Shown here: piece by piece, positions 9,670 through 18,578 of the stretch | Layout: each line of letters begins with the position of its first letter | Numbering within the stretch: the first letter of the stretch is position 1 | From: Ktedonobacterales bacterium | Lineage (GTDB): Bacteria; Chloroflexota; Ktedonobacteria; Ktedonobacterales; JADMIN01 | Direction of reading: 5' to 3' | Length of the DNA: 64,000 nucleotides | Assembly (NCBI GenBank): GCA_030167145.1 | Contig: CP126532.1 | Span: forward strand, 256,504 to 320,503 | Notes under the pieces: generated by a model | Databases searched by the model: none | Told to the model about the DNA's origin: nothing | The model's input: the letters and a program-made list of their open reading frames with translations, nothing else | Made by a program: the position numbers and the translations under genes

Positions 9670-10863
9670 CTACAACGTCAGCTCTGGTGGCGCAAAGATC
9701 GCCCGCACAAGCCGGTCAGCGTCATGGCGCACCAGATGTCCCTGATGCACCGCCAGTAGCGCATCTACGATCACATCCGGCACGAGTTGGCTCACTGCCT
9801 CCACATCAGGCTCGACGGGATATTGCTGCTGCGCCTCGTAGCGTTCTACCAACTCTTCCGGGAGCGAGCCATCATGCAGAATCACCCGGTCCACTCTCCC
9901 GCCAAGGTAGGTGTGCAGTTCGCGCACAAAGTCGGACGCGCGGAAAGCGTCTGTCTCGCCATGCTTGGTCATCAGATTGCAGATGTACACCTTACGCGCT
10001 TCAGATCCGCGAATAGCCTCCGCGATGTCACGCACCAGCAAATTCGGCAGGATGCTCGTATACAGATCTCCCGGCCCAAGCACGATCACATCGGCCCGGC
10101 GGATCGCGCGCAACGCCTCGGCGCAGGCTGGCGTCTCCTCACGCAGGAAGATACGTTGGATCGGCGACAGTGACCCGGCGTCGTGCAAGCCCCGTGTATC
10201 AATCTCTGTCTCACCGCAGATGACACCGCCGCCGGCCAGTTCGGCGCAGAGTGTCGCATGCTCCAGTGTGACAGGCAGCACCTTGCCAGCGGTATCCAGC
10301 ACTTCCTGCGCATCTTCAATTGCCAGCAAGAGGTTCCCATCGTTCAGTTCTTGCAGCGCCGAGAGGATCAGATTGCCCAGACTATGCCCCGCCACACCGG
10401 CTTCACGCCCCAACATCTGCGCCTTCGAGTCGTTCGGGTCACCAGCGATCAATGCATCGGGGCGCGTCCCCTGCCCCTGGCGAAAGCGAAAGCCGAAGAT
10501 TTCGCGCCAGAGCACCCCTTTGCGCGAGAGCGCCACCAGCGCCTGCCTCAGGTCACCATACGGCAGCGTGCCGAACTCATCCATCAGCCTCCGCGAACTG
10601 CCGCCGCTATCAGACATCGTCACAATCGCGGTGATCGCACATGGATAGCGCTTCAGGCTGGATAGTACCGCGAACGGACCTGTACCGCCGCCAATCGTCA
10701 CCACTCGCTTCTCGACCATCTGCCGCAATGTCTGGCGCTCCCGCTCAGGGTCACGCCCCTCAAGTGTCCGCGCCACAATGCTTGCTCTTTCTCTTGCCCA
10801 TCGCTCGCTAACCACACCGCTTCCACACTCCATCAGCATGAATGCTGCCATGATCGGGTGCAA
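9670..10863 (-). CDS. yvcK: YvcK/CofD-like gluconeogenesis factor family protein (UPF0052)
   Basis: VVTIGGGTGPFAVLSSLKRY...ITAIVTMSDSGGSSRRL is the hallmark N-terminal motif of YvcK. The exact start is uncertain. Confidence 0.8.
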   Translation of the reverse strand: MHPIMAAFMLMECGSGVVSERWARERASIVARTLEGRDPERERQTLRQMVEKRVVTIGGGTGPFAVLSSLKRYPCAITAIVTMSDSGGSSRRLMDEFGTLPYGDLRQALVALSRKGVLWREIFGFRFRQGQGTRPDALIAGDPNDSKAQMLGREAGVAGHSLGNLILSALQELNDGNLLLAIEDAQEVLDTAGKVLPVTLEHATLCAELAGGGVICGETEIDTRGLHDAGSLSPIQRIFLREETPACAEALRAIRRADVIVLGPGDLYTSILPNLLVRDIAEAIRGSEARKVYICNLMTKHGETDAFRASDFVRELHTYLGGRVDRVILHDGSLPEELVERYEAQQQYPVEPDVEAVSQLVPDVIVDALLAVHQGHLVRHDADRLVRAIFAPPELTL

Positions 10864-10976
10864 AGCTCCAATGCGAAGTGTTCGGCCCGCCTATCACTGC
10901 TGAGCACGGCCGGATTGCTTCAAGGGTGTGCCATGCCGTGGATCCCCAGCTTACGTACATGCCCGTCACCTATGCA

Positions 10977-11002
10977 AACAGCAGTAGAGCCTCGCTCCGT
11001 CT
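10977..11002 (+). promoter_or_regulatory. candidate ECF-type (autoregulated) promoter
   Basis: AAC (10977-10979), an 18-nt spacer, then CGTCT (10998-11002), about 55 nt upstream of the ECF sigma start. This resembles the AAC-N16/17-CGT ECF consensus, but the spacer is 1 nt long. Confidence 0.3.
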
Positions 11003-11055
11003 GAAAGATACAGAAGAGCAACAGCGGGGCCGCATCCCGCGAGAGAGGTGGAGCG

Positions 11056-11676
11056 ATGGAGCGGAACGGGAACGTGAACACTGGCGCTTCCTGGGGAGGC
11101 GGTGCGACAGCCTCGCAGCATGCTGAGCCAGCGGATTATGCGCAGTTTGTCGCGTTAGTGCCAATGCACATGGGTGCGGTATTGCGAGTCGCGGCGGCGC
11201 TGATTGGCCCGGCTGACGCCGAAGATGCCGCGCAGGAAGCCATGTTGCGCGGCTGGCAAGCATGGCCAGCAATGCGCAATCCCGCGGCGGCACGCGGCTG
11301 GCTGCTGCGCATCGCGGTCAATGTTTGCAAAGACTGGCAGCGAGGGCGTTATGGCACCCATAAACGGCTCGACCTACCCTTGCGCGACGATGCAAGCAAC
11401 ATCGAACCCGCACTTCTGGACGCCGACCCCGGCGCCAGTGACGCTGCCGCCTCTATGGACCTGCGCGCCGCCATCAACGAGTTGCATCCAGAGTTGCGTA
11501 TGGTCGTCTTGCTCCGCCACTACGTGGGCATGGACTCGAACGAGATAGGTGCGGCGCTTGGTATCCCGCCTGGTACCGTCCGCACGCGACTGCGTCGTGC
11601 GCTTGCGCTGCTCCGCGAGCGGCTCAGCCGGTCGGGCCACTGGCCATCGGCCTACACCCAGGAAGGCGGCAGGTAA
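11056..11676 (+). CDS. ECF-subfamily RNA polymerase sigma-70 factor
   Basis: 206 aa. Region 2 is AEDAAQEAMLRGW...RGWLLRIAVNVCKDW. Region 4 is LHPELRMVVLLRHYVGMDSNEIGAALGIPPGTVRTRLRRA. Confidence 0.8.
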   Translation: MERNGNVNTGASWGGGATASQHAEPADYAQFVALVPMHMGAVLRVAAALIGPADAEDAAQEAMLRGWQAWPAMRNPAAARGWLLRIAVNVCKDWQRGRYGTHKRLDLPLRDDASNIEPALLDADPGASDAAASMDLRAAINELHPELRMVVLLRHYVGMDSNEIGAALGIPPGTVRTRLRRALALLRERLSRSGHWPSAYTQEGGR

Positions 11677-13241
11677 TGTCCGACTATTACGATGGCGAAA
11701 ATGCTCCAAATCCTACCGGTGATCTGTTCGCTCTACCGCCTGAGTTGCGCCCCTTTGCCCGCCGTCTGGACCACGATGGAGCCAACTGGCGCAATGCCCT
11801 GCCAGATGACTTCGTGCTCGCCCAGCACGTCATTGCGCGTATCGCTCCACCGCCGCAGATGGAGGCTACATCCACATCACCGCATAATCGCGATTCGCGC
11901 CCCACTCTTCCTGAAACGCAGCAGTCTCGCCCCCCCTCGCGAAACCCGCGTTCCGGGGCTGGGCGAGGCTTCATTGCAGTCGCGGCGATGCTGGTCGTGG
12001 TAGTATTGCTTGCCATGGTGCTGAAGTCATTTGTCCGTCCGCATGTGGGTGCATCTACGTCCACTATCAACACACGCACACCGATTACCACAGCCACACC
12101 GTCGTTCGCTGGCAAATGGAAGGTCCTTTCGCGGTTCTCTGGCATTCCTGCCCCACAGCCCGACGACAAGAATCCGTCGCTGGTGGTCGCGCCCAGCAAC
12201 CCACTTATCGCGTACCAAGTGACGTTTGCCCGGAGTGGTTCGAAAAGCGCAAGTATCTCGATCCAGCGCACCGACAACGGCGGCGCATCATGGAGTAAGA
12301 TCGCGCTACCAACTGCTCTTTCGGTAGATGGCAATGTGGCGGGTGTGCATCTTCTGATCAGCCCACTCAACGCATCATATCTCTTTCTCTCTGTGGATTG
12401 GTTTACCCCTGGATGCTCCACGTTTGCCCAATATGGCGTCTGTTCCGGCCAATATATGAGCCAAGATAGTGGCAGCGGGCCATGGGTATCGCCATACATG
12501 CCTACGTTGGGTGATCTTTGGAGTCTACAAGTGGGCGACGATGGTCATCTTCTGTACGGAACTGTGTACACACCTACCTACAGCAGCGGCGCTTCGCCCG
12601 CCAACGGACTGATGGTGAGCGACGACGGCGGCATGCGGTGGAGAGCCGCAGACAGCGACCTCGCTACCGCTGGCCTGGGCATCAGTAGCAGCGCAGCCTC
12701 GACAAGTGGGCCGACGGTGTATGCGGTTACTGAGCCTGCGAAGCCCGACCCACAGCACGATCCAACCTATCAGCTCTGGCGCAGCGATGATGCTGGTGTA
12801 CACTGGTCGCATGTAGGCGGTGCGCCGCCCAATGTGCCGGGCATCCTGCTGGCAAGTGGCGGTTCCCAATCCATCCTCTATTTCCAGCAATCGGCGTCGC
12901 CTAACCAGCCAAGCCCGCAACTCACCTTCAGCATAGACGGGGGGTACACCTGGAATCCCGTTCCGCTTACTGGGATTGATCCTCTAGACCCGCAAGGTAA
13001 TACGCTGCCTCTCGTGCTGAACGATGGCTCGCTGCTTGCGACCTTCCGCGATGGCAACGACACGCGCTTCTTCGGCTGGGCGCCCAGTGGTTCCTGGCGC
13101 GAGGTGGCCCCACCGGTGCATCTCCAATCCGTCGCATCCATGTGGGCAGTCCGGGACAGCAGTTCAGGCAAGACCACCTTGTTTACACTCTTCAACTCTG
13201 GAACCAAAGACAGCGGCGTGGAAAGTTGTCCGCTATCCTGA
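11676..13241 (+). CDS. membrane-anchored BNR/Asp-box beta-propeller protein, probable anti-sigma factor
   Basis: The start ATG overlaps the sigma stop (TAATG at 11674-11678). A roughly 100-aa N-terminal region precedes one TM helix (FIAVAAMLVVVVLLAMVL). Four Asp-box motifs follow: TDNGGASWSK, SDDGGMRWRA, SDDAGVHWSH and IDGGYTWNP. Confidence 0.6.
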   Translation: MSDYYDGENAPNPTGDLFALPPELRPFARRLDHDGANWRNALPDDFVLAQHVIARIAPPPQMEATSTSPHNRDSRPTLPETQQSRPPSRNPRSGAGRGFIAVAAMLVVVVLLAMVLKSFVRPHVGASTSTINTRTPITTATPSFAGKWKVLSRFSGIPAPQPDDKNPSLVVAPSNPLIAYQVTFARSGSKSASISIQRTDNGGASWSKIALPTALSVDGNVAGVHLLISPLNASYLFLSVDWFTPGCSTFAQYGVCSGQYMSQDSGSGPWVSPYMPTLGDLWSLQVGDDGHLLYGTVYTPTYSSGASPANGLMVSDDGGMRWRAADSDLATAGLGISSSAASTSGPTVYAVTEPAKPDPQHDPTYQLWRSDDAGVHWSHVGGAPPNVPGILLASGGSQSILYFQQSASPNQPSPQLTFSIDGGYTWNPVPLTGIDPLDPQGNTLPLVLNDGSLLATFRDGNDTRFFGWAPSGSWREVAPPVHLQSVASMWAVRDSSSGKTTLFTLFNSGTKDSGVESCPLS

Positions 13242-13336
13242 GCCAGATCGCACTGTGAGCTTGTTCACAGCCGTTTGCCCGCCTGGCGCGTCTTTCCATA
13301 CAGATGAGTAGTTCTGATTTGGAGGGATGAAATCGG

Positions 13337-14689
13337 ATGGGCAAACGGATCATGCGGCGTCTTTGGGCGCGGGTTGTCTATATCGCACTCATGGCGCCGC
13401 TGCTCGCTGCGCTGGCGGGCTGTGTGAGTTCTGGCGCTCAACAACATTCCACCTACACATTTGCTGGCCCTCGCGGTCAGTGGATCAAGCTGGATGGCCT
13501 CACTGGCGGATCATCGGTGAGCATTGCGCCGAGTGATCCCCGTGTAGTGTATGAGGTGTTCGGCCTCCATCCAGCCTATGATGTGTCGCAGGCATCGCTA
13601 CGCCGCACCGATGACGACGGCAAGACGTGGCACACGCTTACGATCCCGCTCCCGCAGGGCGGCACACTGGCTGATTACGGTGGCGTGATCACGTATGTTG
13701 ATCCGGTGAATCCTGCTATCGTGTTTCTTGCTATCGCCAAATCGTATCCAAAATCCTGCCCTACGTGGCCAGCAGATGGCACTCCTTTCGCCGACCGCCC
13801 GTCATCGCCTGCCGGGCATCTCTACGCGGGCTATGTCGCCTGCACCTGGATGTATCGCAGCGCCGACAGCGGCGAGCACTGGACCGAGATTGCGCTGCCA
13901 CGCGGCGGGGCGTTTCGCATCCCAATGGGTAGCTCCCAGACGCGCTGGAATACGCATACCCTGCATGCGCAGGACAATCGCCTCTTTGCACTCGACGGCG
14001 TGGATTGGTACTCCGACACGAACCCTGATCGCCTGATTGTAAGTGATGACCAGGGAGCTACGTGGCGCACGATTGACGATATGTTCATCCGTCAGCGGCA
14101 AGAGGTCTTTGAATATATGCCTACGCCTTCTGGCTCGACGCTCTTTGCGATTACCGTGCTTCAGGACGCGCCTCCCAGGACACCTCTCAATCTTTGGCGA
14201 AGTGACGATGGAGGAGCATCCTGGCACATGATCCGGACACTGCCCGAATTCGAACGCAACGACCTCCTGCTCGCACCAATCGGCTCTTCGGGTCAGTATG
14301 TACTCTACCTGGACTGCCCCATTACGCCGCAAGATGCTCAGAACACCCCGCCTATCGCAATGGCGAGTACCGATGGTGGGGCTACATGGAAGCAGGCTCC
14401 ACAGGCTGGATTGCCACCGCAGGATGACCCTGGCACAGCAGTTGGCATAGCAGGCGTACTGAGCGATGGCAGTCTGCTAGTCCAGTCGCCTGGCTTCACG
14501 CCGCAAGGGCCGACCAATGTAAGCTACTATCGTTGGAAACCTGGAGACGCAGCCTGGACTCAATTCGCGTCACCCGCTGTGGCCACCAATCTATTATTGG
14601 TCTCGCCTGCTGGCCCCGATGGACCTGAGGCGCTGTGGAGCATCGCGGCTGGTCCCAATCTTTCAGTTTCGCGCTACATCCTCCCCTAG
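13337..14689 (+). CDS. BNR/Asp-box beta-propeller lipoprotein (paralog of the 11676 gene ectodomain)
   Basis: It has a lipoprotein-type signal (LLAALAGCVSSG). Asp-boxes are TDDDGKTWHT, SADSGEHWTE, SDDQGATWRT, SDDGGASWHM and STDGGATWKQ. NLWRSDDGGASWHM parallels QLWRSDDAGVHWSH in the upstream gene. Confidence 0.65.
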   Translation: MGKRIMRRLWARVVYIALMAPLLAALAGCVSSGAQQHSTYTFAGPRGQWIKLDGLTGGSSVSIAPSDPRVVYEVFGLHPAYDVSQASLRRTDDDGKTWHTLTIPLPQGGTLADYGGVITYVDPVNPAIVFLAIAKSYPKSCPTWPADGTPFADRPSSPAGHLYAGYVACTWMYRSADSGEHWTEIALPRGGAFRIPMGSSQTRWNTHTLHAQDNRLFALDGVDWYSDTNPDRLIVSDDQGATWRTIDDMFIRQRQEVFEYMPTPSGSTLFAITVLQDAPPRTPLNLWRSDDGGASWHMIRTLPEFERNDLLLAPIGSSGQYVLYLDCPITPQDAQNTPPIAMASTDGGATWKQAPQAGLPPQDDPGTAVGIAGVLSDGSLLVQSPGFTPQGPTNVSYYRWKPGDAAWTQFASPAVATNLLLVSPAGPDGPEALWSIAAGPNLSVSRYILP

Positions 14690-14755
14690 CAAAATTGGCC
14701 CACGCTGGCCCCTGAAGTGCGTACGGCCTCACGGGGGCAGCAGCGGGGCAACACG

Positions 14756-17539
14756 CTACTGCCTAGCCATAGCCTCACTGGTTGCGGGAACTTTCGCGCG
14801 GACGTTGCGTCGGGCACGTGTAGCTGCCATACCCTTGCCGTTGGTTTCGGGCGCTAGTCGTGATTCGAGAACTTCCAGACGTTCGCGCAGTTTGCGGTTC
14901 TCGTCGCGGACCTCTTCGAGGCCGTGACGCAGTTTGCGGGACTCTTCGCCCGCGCTACGGCCCTTTCGCAAGCGCCGGGCGGCTTCGCGCGCTATGCGGA
15001 CACCACGCTGATCCAATGCGCTCGCCGCCATGCGCTCCAGCGCGGGGATCGCTCGCTGATCGCCCCAAGCAGCCAGCGCACTGGCTGCCGCATACACCGC
15101 CATTTCCCACGGGTCATCCAGGGCGGCGATCAGGGCTTCGACGGCACGAGTCTGCGCTTCGCCCGGATCAATGCGCCTGGTCATTGCTAGCTCGCGCAGA
15201 CCAGCGGCGGCGGCGGCACGAGCATCCATCGGCTTGGTGCGGTCGGTGGTCCAGCGGGCCAGCACCTCTACGACACGAGGATCACCCAGTTCGCCCAGGC
15301 CCGCGAAGACTCCGGCGCGAATGGTCTCGCGCCATGAGGGCGTGTCCACCTTCGCCAGCAGGGTCTCATAGGCGCCAGCGGTGCGCGTCCGGCCAAGTGC
15401 AGTCGCCGCCGCAGCTTCCACGAAGTAGCTCGGATCGCCCGCAGTGACGATGCGCGTCAGCGTCTGCGCCGCACGCTCGGCAAGGTCGAACTGCTCGGGC
15501 GCGCGGAATGCGCCAAGCGCCTCGACTATGGCACGGCGCGCTTTCGGCTCGGCGATATGATCCAGTCCGCGCAGGAGCGCATCGAGCGCTCGCTCGGACT
15601 TCTGGCTGGCCAGCGCGCCAGCGATAGCGCCGCGCACCGCCCAGAACGGCTCATCGAGCAGCGCCTGTGCCAACGTGGTGAAGCTTCTCCGGTCGGCCAG
15701 CTTGCCCAGTGCCTCCGCTGCTTCGATGCGTCCCAGCACATCGGGATCATGCCGCAACTGGAAACGCAGCATGTCGGCTGGGCGCTCGAAGTCCAGGGTT
15801 TTGAGTAGCCAGCCACCCTGATCGAAGCGCACCGAGAAGGGACGGCGCGGAAGTGGGAAGTAGAATGTCTGGCTCTCCTCCTCAAGCGTGACTCGGACCG
15901 TGCGCATAGTGAACGCGACATCGTGGTCGCTCGCCTGCGCGCCATCCGCATCGGGAACGAGAAAGGCGATGTCTACGGGAGTCACGAAGAGGGGCGTTTC
16001 GTCGTCAATTTCCTGGGTTTGCGCGATGGAGACACGCGCGGTCTTATGCTCGTCATCCCAGGAATAACTAACCTTGAACTCAGGGTGCCCAGACTTGTAG
16101 TACCACTGCTCGAAGAAGCGCGCCATGCTGCGACCGGTCGCCTCTTCCATTGCGCGTTCCAGGTCGGCGGTGATGACCTCGCGCCCGGCGTTGCGCCGTG
16201 TGTAGAGTTGTATTCCGCGCCAGAATGGCTCGTCGCCCAGCACATAGCGCATGGTGTGCAGCGCGTGGGCGGCCTTCTGATAGACGTGCCTGTCGAAGAG
16301 TTCGTCGGCATTCTTGCGGTAGACGTTGTAAACGATGGGGCGGCGGCCCTGCTTATCGGCGCCGAGATAGGCGTGCAAGTAGTCACGCATCATGACCTGC
16401 CGCTCATCTACACCCAAGTCTTCTTCGGTCCACGTGGCCTCGAAATACGTGGCAAAGCCTTCCTTCAGCCAGGTGTGCGACCAGTCGCGCACGGCCAGCA
16501 GGTCGCCATGCCATTGATGCACTAGTTCGTGCGCGACAACGTCTTCGGAGCTGAAGTCCAGAGCGGCGCGCTGGTCGCCCAGCAGGCGGTAGCTGTGCGT
16601 GGTGGCGCTGGCGTTCTCCATCGCGCCGAGGAAAAGTTCGGGCACGATCTGCCCGTATTTCACATAGGGATAGTCCACGCCGAAATGGGTGCTGAAGTAT
16701 TCGATCATGCGCGGCGTCTTGCCAAGCATGCGCAGGCCGTCGTCTTCGCGCCCCGGACGCACGTAGTAGTTTACCGGAATGTCGCGCCAGTTGTCCTGTA
16801 TCTCGATGAATTCACCCGCGACCAGTGTCACCAGGTAGGCTGGATACGCTACGTCCATGCGCCAATGATAGGTCTTTGTGCCGTTGCGATGCTTCTTGAT
16901 CTCTTCGAGTTGGCCGTTGGAGAGCACGAAGAAAGCGCCAGGTACGGTGGCGTGCAACGCGGTTGTGGCGCGATCGTTGGGGAAATCATGGCAGGGGAAC
17001 CAGAAGTGGTGGTACTCGGTCTCGCCCTGACTCCAGGCCTGTAGGGGCAGGTCGGGATCGCCATCCGTTGACGAGACGAAGGTGAGGCCGATGCGCGGGG
17101 TAGCGCTATAATTCACACGCACTGTGAAGTCCTCGCCATGGGTATATTCGCGGTCCAGGCGGATATGCAGCTTTTCGCCCTGGGTCCAGAAATCCAATGC
17201 AGCGTCGCTGCTGACCAGGGAAACGGAAGCGATGTCTAGTTCGCCCGCGTCGAAAGTGATCTCGCTGATGCGCTCGAAGAGGGTGGTGAAGTCAGTAGTG
17301 ACGATGCCATGCAGGCTCTTGTGCTCGAAATCCAGCGTGACGGCAATATCTACGTGACGCACGTCGGCGGGACGGTCGGGGGCATAGCGCGGCTGGTCAC
17401 CAGGGAGTGAGAACGCGGGCGCGCTGTCGGCCTGAAACTCAGCAGAGCAGCCGAGGTTGGCGAGCAGTTGCGCAAGCTCACGGTTGCCACAGTAGTGCAT
17501 GAACAGTGCTCCTTCGGGCGGGTGTCGCAGTGCGGGCAT
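14756..17539 (-). CDS. pepN: M1-family aminopeptidase N with C-terminal HEAT-like repeats and coiled-coil tail
   Basis: GAMENASA exopeptidase motif, HELVHQWHGDL zinc motif and WLKEGFATY. The C-terminal half has HEAT-like repeats (VRGAIAGALA, ARRAIVEALG, RAAAAAGLRE). The start could instead be the Met at 17500 (MHYCGN). Confidence 0.85.
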   Translation of the reverse strand: MPALRHPPEGALFMHYCGNRELAQLLANLGCSAEFQADSAPAFSLPGDQPRYAPDRPADVRHVDIAVTLDFEHKSLHGIVTTDFTTLFERISEITFDAGELDIASVSLVSSDAALDFWTQGEKLHIRLDREYTHGEDFTVRVNYSATPRIGLTFVSSTDGDPDLPLQAWSQGETEYHHFWFPCHDFPNDRATTALHATVPGAFFVLSNGQLEEIKKHRNGTKTYHWRMDVAYPAYLVTLVAGEFIEIQDNWRDIPVNYYVRPGREDDGLRMLGKTPRMIEYFSTHFGVDYPYVKYGQIVPELFLGAMENASATTHSYRLLGDQRAALDFSSEDVVAHELVHQWHGDLLAVRDWSHTWLKEGFATYFEATWTEEDLGVDERQVMMRDYLHAYLGADKQGRRPIVYNVYRKNADELFDRHVYQKAAHALHTMRYVLGDEPFWRGIQLYTRRNAGREVITADLERAMEEATGRSMARFFEQWYYKSGHPEFKVSYSWDDEHKTARVSIAQTQEIDDETPLFVTPVDIAFLVPDADGAQASDHDVAFTMRTVRVTLEEESQTFYFPLPRRPFSVRFDQGGWLLKTLDFERPADMLRFQLRHDPDVLGRIEAAEALGKLADRRSFTTLAQALLDEPFWAVRGAIAGALASQKSERALDALLRGLDHIAEPKARRAIVEALGAFRAPEQFDLAERAAQTLTRIVTAGDPSYFVEAAAATALGRTRTAGAYETLLAKVDTPSWRETIRAGVFAGLGELGDPRVVEVLARWTTDRTKPMDARAAAAAGLRELAMTRRIDPGEAQTRAVEALIAALDDPWEMAVYAAASALAAWGDQRAIPALERMAASALDQRGVRIAREAARRLRKGRSAGEESRKLRHGLEEVRDENRKLRERLEVLESRLAPETNGKGMAATRARRNVRAKVPATSEAMARQ

Positions 17540-17680
17540 GCGCGGCGACGCGGGCGTTAGACGGCTATCTTACTCAGTGTACCATGAACGTCCAGCCTTT
17601 GAAATTGCTGTATTCCTGATTTTTTGATGGCGAAGGGTGCAGGCAATCGCGTATGGACTGGGCGCGAGGTCGAGAGTGGC

Positions 17681-18220
17681 CTGAGTGGCCGATGTGGCCG
17701 AATTCCTCTTTGCTCTGTGGTCGCAATTGCCGGAGTTGCCGATTCTGCCGATTCTTGCGGTGGTAGGGGGCAGATGACGTCTTGTGGCCGGAAATGGCCG
17801 GAGATTTTTCGCCGTTTTCGCCGCAATTTCGCATCGCGGCAGTGGCTGCAGCGGCCGATTTCGCAATGGGGCGGGGCAGTTGCCACAGTTGCCGATTCTG
17901 CCGATTTGCGCGGTGATGTTGAGGGGATTTGACCGGATATGACGGGAAATGGGGGGGATTTTCGCCGTTTTCGCCGAAATTGCGTATGTACACACGAATG
18001 CCAGTTGCCGATTCTGCCGATTTTGACAGATAGGCATGTCTGCCCCACCGTAGCCAGAATGGCGGGACGATTATGCCTGTGGTCGAAATGGCCGATTTCA
18101 CAGGGCGGGCAGACAGGAATGTCCGCCCCACCAGCACAGCGGCAGACAAGAGTGTCCGCCCCACCAGAGGCCAGCGGGACGCTGGCGGTACAGATGGTCG
18201 TAGTTGCCGATTCTGCCGAT
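17681..18220. repeat. intergenic cluster of short dispersed repeat modules
   Basis: AGTTGCCGATTCTGCCGAT occurs 4 times (17734-17752, 17887-17905, 18003-18021, 18202-18220). TTTTCGCCGTTTTCGCCG occurs twice (17806-17823, 17959-17976). GCAGACA(G/A)GA(A/G)TGTCCGCCCCACCAG occurs twice (18109-18135, 18141-18167), with a variant at 18038-18049. GGCCGATGTGGCCG is at 17688-17700. The region lies in a roughly 1-kb gap with no convincing CDS. Confidence 0.75.
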
Positions 18221-18455
18221 CTGGGGATTTGCGCCACAGATGGTAGTTGCTCATGTGGCCGACGTTTCATAGCTGTGCGGTACTCCTGGCGCGGTGTGGG
18301 CTATCCTATCGGGTAGTGTAGCATGTGAGGAGGCGGCGGCAGACGGTCAGATGGGGTCAAGTGCAGTCGGGTATGGACATGAGGATGCACGTGGGGTGGT
18401 GGCCGCATAGATTAGCGTCTACCTATGGGATGACGGCCCGTGGAGACGTGCCCGA

Positions 18456-18484
18456 ATGAGGAGCGGATGAGGAGCGGATGAGGG
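18456..18484. repeat. 11-bp tandem repeat ATGAGGAGCGG, about 2.6 copies
   Basis: Read directly: ATGAGGAGCGG ATGAGGAGCGG ATGAGGG. It shares the core GGAGCGGATGA with the array at 50048-50094. Confidence 0.7.
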
Positions 18485-18578
18485 CCGAAGGGTAGCATGA
18501 CACGAAGTTCACATGGTTGAATAACGGAAGAGCCAATTCGTTCCCGAAGTCAGCGCTCGAAGTGCCAATGTCGGCATC

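Noticed and set aside
17681-18220. A possible CRISPR array.
   Set aside because: The repeats are only 18-27 nt, belong to several different types, have irregular spacing and include internal duplications. There are no uniform spacers and no cas genes in the window.
17557-18270. Three overlapping minus-strand ORFs (237, 226 and 155 aa) and two plus-strand ORFs across the repeat cluster.
   Set aside because: All frames are open at once, and the peptides (FRRFRRNF, VADSADS, GRTLLSA) just echo the DNA repeats. None resembles a real protein.
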